NCBI GenBank assembly: GCA_018894995.1
Contig: JAHIOZ010000098.1
Coordinates: forward strand, 1 to 26,338
Length of the DNA: 26,338 nt
From: Patescibacteria group bacterium
GTDB lineage: Bacteria; Patescibacteriota; Minisyncoccia; Phycocordibacterales; UBA12079
Direction: 5' to 3'
The notes under the pieces: generated by a model
Seen by the model: only the letters and a program-made list of their open reading frames with translations
Told to the model about the DNA's origin: nothing
Databases searched by the model: none
Translations under genes and position numbers: made by a program
Part shown: positions 6,883-14,125 of the stretch, piece by piece
Layout of the letters: each line of letters opens with the position of its first letter
Numbering within the stretch: position 1 is the stretch's first letter

Positions 6883-9800
6883 ATGGATAATGAAAAAAAT
6901 ATAGATAATAAATCCGAAACTGCCCAAAGCGAGGAAAAGATTTTGGAGTTTTGGCGGGAGAATAAAATTTTTGAAAAGTCGTTGGACTCTAAACCTTCGG
7001 ACGGGCGAGGAAAAGAAGCGCCCAAAGGTGATTTTGTTTTTTACGACGGTCCGCCTTTTGCGACTGGTTTGCCTCACTATGGGCATATTTTGGCTGGAAC
7101 AATCAAAGATATTATTCCGCGTTATCAGACAATGCTCGGCAAAAAAGTTTCTCGTCGTTGGGGTTGGGATTGTCATGGTTTGCCGATTGAAAATTTGATT
7201 GAAAAGGAACTCAATTTAAAAACTAAACAAGATATTTACGATTACGGAGTGGAGAAATTCAATGAAGCTGCCAAACAAAGCGTACTTCGTTATGATGTTG
7301 ATTGGAAAAAGATTATTCCGCGAACGGGTCGCTGGGTGGATATGGGTTCAAGTTATCAAACAATGGATACTTCTTATTCTGAATCCATTTGGCATATTTT
7401 TAAAACTATTTATGATAAAAATTTAATTTACGAAGGACATAAAGCGATGCATCTTTGTCCTCGTTGTGAGACAACTCTTTCAAACTTTGAAGTTAATCAG
7501 GGGTATAAAGATATTAAAGATTTAACGGCGACGGTGAAATTCAAACTTGATGTCGGACAAAAAATTGGTGATTTTGTTGCAGATGATAATACTTACATTT
7601 TGGCGTGGACGACTACGCCGTGGACTTTGCCTGGAAATGTTGCACTCGCAGTAAATGATGGAATCATTTATGCTCGAATTCAAAAATCAAATATCAAAAA
7701 TCAAAATGAAAATGCAAAATTAAAAAATAACGAGACATATATTGTTGCTAAGGAAAGAATTGTTGGTGTTGTTGGTGATGAAGAATACGAAATAATTGAA
7801 GAATTCAAAGGTTCAGAATTGATTGGAAAATCTTACAAACCACTTTTTGATTATTATTTAAAAGATGAAAATTTGGAAAATCGCGAGAATGCCCGCCCGC
7901 AACGCCTGAGCGAGGCTCAGCCTAGCGATGGCGGGCGGGGTTGGAAAATTTACGGTGCGGATTTTGTGACTACTGAAGATGGAACTGGAATTGTTCACAT
8001 CGCTCCTGCTTTTGGTTCTGACGATATGGAGTTGGGGAAAAAAGAAAATTTACCGTTTATTCAGCATGTTTCAGTTGATGGAAAATTCAAACCGGAAGTT
8101 GGTGATGGCTTGGCTGGGTTGTATGTAAAACCTAAAGATGATTCTGCGAATGGACAAGACCATATGTCGACCGATATTGAAATAATAAAATTGTTGGCTA
8201 AAAAAGAAGCTCTGTTTTCAAAAGAAAAAGTCACTCACTCTTATCCTCATTGTTGGAGATGTGAAACACCTCTTTTAAATTACGCGACTTCGTCGTGGTT
8301 TTTGAAAGTTACGGGAATTAAAGATGAAATGATTAAAGTTAATCAAGGTGTTAATTGGGTGCCGGAAAATATGCGAGATGGAAGATTTGGAAAGTGGCTT
8401 GAAGGAGCGAGAGACTGGGCGATTTCAAGGACAAGATTTTGGGGGGCACCGTTGCCTGTTTGGAGGTGCCAAACTGGGAAATTCGAAACCTTAAATTCTA
8501 AATCCGAAACAAATTCAAATGGCCAAAATTTAAATGTTCAAAAAAATATCGGTTGCGGGGCGATGAGGGTTGTTGGTTCAATTGCCGAGTTGAAAGAGAA
8601 TTTGCCGAAAAGAAATAATATTTTTGTGATGCGACACGGAGAGGCGGACAACAACACTAAAAATGTAATCAGTACTCAAAAACTCAACGAGCATCATTTA
8701 ACCGAGAAAGGAAAAGAGCAGGTTTTGGGGGCGATTGGAAATTTAAAAAATCAAAAAATTGATTTAATTATTTCTTCTCCGTTTGTAAGAACAGTTGAAA
8801 CAGCTGAATTGGTAGCTGAAGGTTTGGGTTTAAAAAAAGAAGAAATTATTTTTGACGAGAGAATCGGAGAAATTAATTTGGGGGATATGGACGGAAAGAG
8901 TAATAAAGATTATCACAAATATTTTGAATCCCAATTGGAAAAATTCACTAAAACTCCACCAAACGGAGAAAGTTTGACCGACTTGAAAAAACGAGTCGCG
9001 GAATTTCTTTTTGAAATTAATGAAAAGTATGAAGGCAAAAATATTTTGGTTGTAACTCACGAATATTCTTTTTGGATGATGATGACCGTTTCTGATGCTT
9101 TGACGGATACTCAATCTGTAAAAATGAAAGACGATGAAAATATTGTTCAAAATGCGGAAGTCAGAGATTTGGATTTCAGAAGTTTACCTCATAACAAAAA
9201 TTACGAGATTGATTTGCATATGCCTTACATCGATGAGATTAAATTCAAATGTGCTTGCGGTGGAGAAATGAAAAGAATTCCTGAAGTGTTTGACTGTTGG
9301 TTTGAATCGGGGGCGATGCCTTATGCTTCCAATCACTATCCTTTTGAAAATTTGGATAAATTTAATCCTGAAAAAGAAATCGGTTTTCCGGCAGATTTTA
9401 TTGCCGAGGGTCAAGACCAAACACGAGGGTGGTTTTACACTTCGCTTGTTTTGGCAACCGCTTTGTTTGGAAAAACTTCTTATAAAAATGTAATTGTAAA
9501 CGGAATGGTTTTGGCGGAGGACGGAAAGAAAATGTCAAAGAGTTTGAAAAATTATCCTGACATTAATTATATTTTGGATAAATATGGAGCTGATGCGATG
9601 CGATATTATATGATAAATTCGCCGATTGTTCGGGCGGAAGATTTGAATTTCTCGGAAAAAGGAGTGGACGAAGTTTTGAAAAAAATTATTTTGAAAGTAA
9701 AAAATGTTTATTCGTTTTATGAATTGTATAAAGATGCTTTAAAAGAAAAAATTAATCCGCAGGATAGTAAAAATGTCTTGGATATTTGGATTTTATCCAG

Positions 9801-10659
9801 ATTGAATCAGTTGAACAATGAAATCACAACAGGATTAAATAACTACGAATTAGATCGAGCTTCACGACCGATTATGGATTTTGTGGATGATTTGTCTACT
9901 TGGTATATCCGTCGTTCTCGTGACAGGTTTAAGGGTGAAGATGAAAAAGATAAAAATTTTGCTTTGGCGACAACACAATTTGTATTGGTGGAATTTTCAA
10001 AATTGATTGCTCCGTTTATGCCGTTTTTGTCAGAAGAACTCTGGCAGAAAATTGAAAATGAAAATCTCAAAATGGAAAATGATAATGTAAAATTTAAAAT
10101 TACATCGGTGCATTTGCAGGATTGGCCAAAAGCGGGAAATGTTGATGAAAAAGTTTTGGAAGATATGAAAAAAGTTAGAGGGGTTGTTTCAATGGTATTA
10201 GAAGTAAGGGCAGAAGCTGGTTTGAAAGTTCGTCGACCGTTGGGTAAAGTTACAATTTATGGTTTATCTTATGAAAAAATAGATAAACAATTGCTGGATA
10301 TTATAAAAAATGAAGTTAATGTAAAAGATGTTGTTTTTGAAAAAGGAGATAGTAGAGTAGAGCTTGATGAAAAAATTACACCCGAATTAAAAATTGAGTG
10401 GCAATACCGAGAACTTTTTAGACATATTCAAAGAATGAGAAAAGATGCCAGACTTGTGCCAAGTGATGTTGTCGGCTTAATCGTTGAAACTTCCGATGAC
10501 GGAGAAAAATTGATTAAGAAATTTGAAGAAGATTTGAAAAAAACCACTGGAATTAAAGAAATTAAATTTGAGAAAAATATTGAAGATTTTGAAAATTCAA
10601 TCGTGCAAGGAGGAATTAAAATCGATGATTTGGAATTCAAACTGAGAATTGAAAAATAA
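6883..10659 (+). CDS. ileS: Isoleucine--tRNA ligase, type 2, with an inserted histidine-phosphatase domain
   Basis: FYDGPPFATGLPHYGH, GWDCHGLP, WTTTPWTLPGN, GTGIVHIAP, KMSKS; RHG domain at about aa 577-766. Confidence 0.97.
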   Translation: MDNEKNIDNKSETAQSEEKILEFWRENKIFEKSLDSKPSDGRGKEAPKGDFVFYDGPPFATGLPHYGHILAGTIKDIIPRYQTMLGKKVSRRWGWDCHGLPIENLIEKELNLKTKQDIYDYGVEKFNEAAKQSVLRYDVDWKKIIPRTGRWVDMGSSYQTMDTSYSESIWHIFKTIYDKNLIYEGHKAMHLCPRCETTLSNFEVNQGYKDIKDLTATVKFKLDVGQKIGDFVADDNTYILAWTTTPWTLPGNVALAVNDGIIYARIQKSNIKNQNENAKLKNNETYIVAKERIVGVVGDEEYEIIEEFKGSELIGKSYKPLFDYYLKDENLENRENARPQRLSEAQPSDGGRGWKIYGADFVTTEDGTGIVHIAPAFGSDDMELGKKENLPFIQHVSVDGKFKPEVGDGLAGLYVKPKDDSANGQDHMSTDIEIIKLLAKKEALFSKEKVTHSYPHCWRCETPLLNYATSSWFLKVTGIKDEMIKVNQGVNWVPENMRDGRFGKWLEGARDWAISRTRFWGAPLPVWRCQTGKFETLNSKSETNSNGQNLNVQKNIGCGAMRVVGSIAELKENLPKRNNIFVMRHGEADNNTKNVISTQKLNEHHLTEKGKEQVLGAIGNLKNQKIDLIISSPFVRTVETAELVAEGLGLKKEEIIFDERIGEINLGDMDGKSNKDYHKYFESQLEKFTKTPPNGESLTDLKKRVAEFLFEINEKYEGKNILVVTHEYSFWMMMTVSDALTDTQSVKMKDDENIVQNAEVRDLDFRSLPHNKNYEIDLHMPYIDEIKFKCACGGEMKRIPEVFDCWFESGAMPYASNHYPFENLDKFNPEKEIGFPADFIAEGQDQTRGWFYTSLVLATALFGKTSYKNVIVNGMVLAEDGKKMSKSLKNYPDINYILDKYGADAMRYYMINSPIVRAEDLNFSEKGVDEVLKKIILKVKNVYSFYELYKDALKEKINPQDSKNVLDIWILSRLNQLNNEITTGLNNYELDRASRPIMDFVDDLSTWYIRRSRDRFKGEDEKDKNFALATTQFVLVEFSKLIAPFMPFLSEELWQKIENENLKMENDNVKFKITSVHLQDWPKAGNVDEKVLEDMKKVRGVVSMVLEVRAEAGLKVRRPLGKVTIYGLSYEKIDKQLLDIIKNEVNVKDVVFEKGDSRVELDEKITPELKIEWQYRELFRHIQRMRKDARLVPSDVVGLIVETSDDGEKLIKKFEEDLKKTTGIKEIKFEKNIEDFENSIVQGGIKIDDLEFKLRIEK
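7891..7938. repeat. GC-rich 48-nt imperfect palindrome in frame inside ileS
   Basis: CCCGCCCGC...CTGAGC-GAG-GCTCAG...GCGGGCGG; encodes ARPQRLSEAQPSDGGR. Confidence 0.75.
8611..9180 (+). other. Histidine phosphatase (PGM/CobC-like) domain nested in IleRS
   Basis: R584-H585-G586, SSPFVR636T, E663, VVTH726. Confidence 0.85.
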
Positions 10660-10675
10660 ATTCCGTCGGCACCAT

Positions 10676-10772
10676 CGTCTTTGCGAGAAAACAGGCGTGA
10701 AATTTTGGCGTCTAAAATGGACGGTCGTCCATTTTAGACGCCAAAATTTCACGCCTGTTTTCGTGGCAATCC
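10676..10772 (+). repeat. CGTC-tagged REP-like element enclosing a 37-bp perfect inverted repeat
   Basis: CGTCTTTGCGAG-[74 nt]-CGTGGCAATCC; arms 10687-10723 and 10726-10762. Confidence 0.85.
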
Positions 10773-10797
10773 GGAAACTTTCGCAGTTAAAACTTTA

Positions 10798-10843
10798 TAG
10801 ACCCGCACCAATTTTTTTACAAAAAAGTTGGTGGCGGGTAGAC
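10798..10843. repeat. 36-nt hairpin insertion flanked by a TAGAC duplication
   Basis: TAGAC at 10798-10802 and 10839-10843; empty-site version at 13081-13115. Confidence 0.65.
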
Positions 10844-10867
10844 TTTCAACTTTACAAACTTTATACT
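10839..10867 (+). promoter_or_regulatory. sigma70-like promoter, leaderless arrangement
   Basis: TAGACT-17 bp-TATACT, 6 nt before ATG 10874. Confidence 0.6.
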
Positions 10868-10873
10868 TAATTT

Positions 10874-11572
10874 ATGATTTACAGACACAAACATTTTCAA
10901 TTGGACACAAAAAGCAGAAAAGTTTTTGACCAAAACGGGAAAGAATTGATGATAACTGGTAATGCTTTTAGATTGCTTGCTTTTCTTTGTGAACACAAAA
11001 ATGCAACAATCACCGAAATAGGGGAATATTTGGATCACGCTAAAGAATATACCGAAAATCATATTCGTCAGTACAGATACAAAATAAAATCAATTATAGG
11101 AGAAGAAATCATCGATTATAAAAATTCAATTTATTCAATTGTCGGTGATATTGAAACCGTTGAAAAACTCAACTTGGAACTCCGAGTTCCAAGTAAAACA
11201 GGAAAAGACGACCGTATTACGGATTTATTACACCCTAATAGTTTAATATTTGGCATAAGAATGAAAAATATCAGCAAAAAACCGGCGATAATCGTATCAA
11301 TTTTATTATTACTCACATTTTTCCCGTGGGCTTATGGTTATTATACGGTTTTGCGATGGGCGGTAAGTTTGGTTTCAATTTATTACATAATCGGTTTTTA
11401 CAGCAAAACAAAAGTTTTTGATTTCAAAATCTGGACACTTGTTGCCATCGCCGTCCTGTTCAATCCAATCGCTCCGATTTTTTTGCAAAGTAAAACAGTT
11501 TGGGGATTTTTTGACATCATAGTCGCCGGATTTTTCGTTTATTTGATAATTAAAACTAAAGAATTGAAATAA
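10874..11572 (+). CDS. N-terminal OmpR-like winged-helix domain fused to a DUF6804-like membrane domain
   Basis: FQLDTKSRKV...FRLLAFL...IRQYRYKIK wHTH pattern; C-terminal AYGYYTVLRW...LFNPIAPI...W..D hydrophobic domain. Confidence 0.65.
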   Translation: MIYRHKHFQLDTKSRKVFDQNGKELMITGNAFRLLAFLCEHKNATITEIGEYLDHAKEYTENHIRQYRYKIKSIIGEEIIDYKNSIYSIVGDIETVEKLNLELRVPSKTGKDDRITDLLHPNSLIFGIRMKNISKKPAIIVSILLLLTFFPWAYGYYTVLRWAVSLVSIYYIIGFYSKTKVFDFKIWTLVAIAVLFNPIAPIFLQSKTVWGFFDIIVAGFFVYLIIKTKELK

Positions 11573-11576
11573 AATT

Positions 11577-11804
11577 ATGAAAAAAGAGATAATCGAATCG
11601 TTAATAAATGATTTTGAGTCCGTTTCGCAAAAAACTGAGGATGGTTTGGAATTTTGGTTAGCTCGTGATTTGCAACATTCACTCGGTTATTCCAAATGGG
11701 ATAATTTTTTAAGTGTTATTTCAAAAGCAAAAACATCCTGCGAAATTTCAGGATATAATGTCAGAGATCATTTTGCCGATGTCGGCAAAATGGTAAAAAT
11801 ATAA
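11577..11804 (+). pseudogene. dinD: Truncated DinD (Bro-N-like) N-terminal fragment
   Basis: EFWLARDLQ..LGY.KW.NF..VI.KAK.SC...DHFADVGKMV, then a stop at 75 aa. Confidence 0.75.
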
Positions 11805-11903
11805 GTTTAAAAGTAAAAATGAAAATAAAAAATGAATATCGTTTTGCCGATACTAGGAAAACGATAAAATAAAAAGTTTTATAAATTAAAAATAATTAAA
11901 AAT

Positions 11904-12590
11904 ATGAAAAAGGAAAATTTTAAAAATGCTTATCAATTCAAAGTTTTGTTAGAAGGAGCGAAACCGCCGATTTGGAGAAGAATACAAGTTCCTGAAAATT
12001 TTAATTTTGAAGATTTGCACAAAACGATTCAACTGGCAATGGGTTGGTGTGATTGCCATTTACATCAATTTATAAATGTTGATCCAAGTCAAAATTATGG
12101 AAATAGAAAATTTATTAAAATACCGCACCCTGATGATTTTGATTTTGGCTCTGAAAAAACTTTTGATGAAAGGAAGGAAAAAATTTTTGATTGGTTTTTT
12201 TTGGACAAAGACGGTAAATCTAAGATGAAGTATGAGTATGATTTTGGCGATGGTTGGGAACATATGGTTACTCTTGAAAAAATTTTATCTGAGGAGAAGG
12301 GTGTTAAATATCCCCGTGTTGTAAAAGGAAAGGGTGCTTGCCCTCCTGAAAATGTTGGGGGTATTTGGGGTTATATGGATATTGTGGAAGCGATGAAAAA
12401 TCCAAAAAGCAAAGAAAGTCAAAAGTTTTTTCAAGAAATCTATGGCAGTTTTAAAGAATTTAAAGATTGGATGGAAGAGTTTGCTTGCGTTGATTTGGGT
12501 GAATTTGACCCAGAAAAATATGAAATTGAAGACGATGGTTTTTTGGAGTTAAAAGGGTATATTGGCATGAACGATTATATTGGGGAATAA
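11904..12590 (+). CDS. Plasmid pRiA4b ORF3-family protein
   Basis: IWRRIQVP...LH..IQ.AMGW.D.HLH.F, YEYDFGDGWEH, ACPPENVGG.WGY. Confidence 0.88.
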   Translation: MKKENFKNAYQFKVLLEGAKPPIWRRIQVPENFNFEDLHKTIQLAMGWCDCHLHQFINVDPSQNYGNRKFIKIPHPDDFDFGSEKTFDERKEKIFDWFFLDKDGKSKMKYEYDFGDGWEHMVTLEKILSEEKGVKYPRVVKGKGACPPENVGGIWGYMDIVEAMKNPKSKESQKFFQEIYGSFKEFKDWMEEFACVDLGEFDPEKYEIEDDGFLELKGYIGMNDYIGE

Positions 12591-12651
12591 TTTTAAAAAA
12601 TATTAAATTTGCATCATAAAAAATTTTACTTAAAAAACCTTTATTTTGTTT

Positions 12652-12926
12652 GTAACCACTCACACCTATAAACACCAAACTCATCAAAATCGATAACTGA
12701 CCTGGATCGCCACACTTTTCCGCTTCGCTCCGAAGTTCGCGAAGACGAAATGCCTTCGGCATTTCGTCGACGGATTTTCTTCTAGAAAATCCGTCTTCGC
12801 GAGCATGACACCATTTTTAAGTTTTTTGAAAAACAAAGTTTTTCAAAAAACTTAAAAATGGTGTCATGCGTGGCGACCCAACACTTATTAATTGGTCGTG
12901 GGAAGTCAACAAGTGTGAGTGGTTAC
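12652..12926 (+). mobile_element. MITE-like element copy A (275 bp)
   Basis: 14-bp TIR GTAACCACTCACAC/GTGTGAGTGGTTAC; flanks TTTTGTTT/CTTTGTTT (7/8 match). Confidence 0.85.
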
Positions 12927-13030
12927 CTTTGTTTACCCACACACCTAAAATTTTAGGTGTACGGGTTTATGAAAAAGGAATAAGGAAAATATAGAAACAC
13001 AGAAATTGAGGAATTTAGAGATAGAGAAAC

Positions 13031-13073
13031 AAAAAACGACGGAAATTTGCGGAGCAAATTTCCGTCGTTTTTT
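13031..13073. repeat. 20-bp perfect hairpin with GGA loop
   Basis: AAAAAACGACGGAAATTTGC-GGA-GCAAATTTCCGTCGTTTTTT. Confidence 0.8.
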
Positions 13074-13086
13074 TTGTTTTACTTTA

Positions 13087-13115
13087 TAGACTTTCAACTT
13101 TACAAACTTTATACT
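13087..13115 (+). promoter_or_regulatory. sigma70-like promoter, leaderless arrangement for recO
   Basis: TAGACT-17 bp-TATACT, 7 nt before ATG 13123; identical to 10839-10867. Confidence 0.6.
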
Positions 13116-13122
13116 CTTACAT

Positions 13123-13740
13123 ATGGAACACAACATCTACACCACCAAAGGAATAATTTTAAACAGTTTTGGCATTGGCGAGGCGGATAAACTTTTTCGA
13201 ATTTTTACGAAAGATTTCGGTTTGATTGATGCGACAGCTCAAGGAGTGAGAAAAATTGAATCAAAAAATCGTTATGGTTTGCAAGATTTTTCGGTTTCTG
13301 ATTTTTCGTTGGTGCGAGGCAGGGATATTTGGAGAATTACTAATGTGGCACCTATAGAAAATTTATATTTTGTTTTTAGTAATAATTTGGACTGCACAGA
13401 AAATAATAAAAAATTTAATACAGTTTTGAATATTTTTTCTTTAATTCGAAGATTTATTCAAGGTGAGGAAAAAAACGAAAATCTTTTTAATTTGATTTTA
13501 AACGCAATAACTTTTTTAAAACAAAATAATTTGGAAGATAAAGATTTAAGAAATTTTGATTTGATTGTTTCCATAAAAATATTAAATAACCTCGGTTATT
13601 TTGATGAAAAAAATCAAAAAGAAATTTTTTCAAAATTTTTGAAAAATGAAATAAGCAAAGATTTGATTGTTGAGATGGGGAGTTTGAAATTTCAAGCAGA
13701 AAAGGTGATAGGGGAAGCTGTGGAAGAGAGCCACCTTTGA
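13123..13740 (+). CDS. recO: DNA repair protein RecO
   Basis: T.GIIL...IGEADKL..IFTKDFGLI.A.AQGVRK..SK.R..LQ OB-fold N-terminus. Confidence 0.9.
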   Translation: MEHNIYTTKGIILNSFGIGEADKLFRIFTKDFGLIDATAQGVRKIESKNRYGLQDFSVSDFSLVRGRDIWRITNVAPIENLYFVFSNNLDCTENNKKFNTVLNIFSLIRRFIQGEEKNENLFNLILNAITFLKQNNLEDKDLRNFDLIVSIKILNNLGYFDEKNQKEIFSKFLKNEISKDLIVEMGSLKFQAEKVIGEAVEESHL

Positions 13741-13884
13741 GTAATAAGTATTAAGTAATAAGTAGTAAGAACGACGAAACCCTCTGGGTTTCGTTGTTCG
13801 GTAAAAAACAAGTTTAACGGGGCAAGCAGAGATGAATTCCTTTTGGGAATTCGTTGACGAAGTTTTGCTTCGCAAAACTTCGTC
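13741..13884. repeat. 7-nt-period tract plus a cluster of triloop hairpins
   Basis: GTAATAA/GTATTAA units; hairpins at 13769-13799, 13831-13855 and 13856-13884. Confidence 0.75.
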
Positions 13885-14125
13885 GTCGTGTTTAGAAATT
13901 AAAAATTCAGATTTATTTAAAAATTAAAAATTAAAAATTAAAAAATTTTAAACATTCGCATAATATTAGTATGTTTACCTCGTTTATTCGTATCATCCGT
14001 CGTTCTAAAAACTAAAAACTATCGACTGAAAACTTTTTAAAGTATTCGGATTATATACACAAATTTTACCAATTACCCACTACAATAACTGTAAACTATC
14101 AATTAAATTTGCTATACTTTTACCA

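Noticed and set aside
8611-9180. Intein in ileS
   Set aside because: No C/S-start and HN-end splice motifs or LAGLIDADG blocks; the insert has histidine-phosphatase motifs.
10649-10870. 73-aa ORF after ileS
   Set aside because: It runs through the REP and palindrome cluster, and its sequence is dictated by the inverted repeat.
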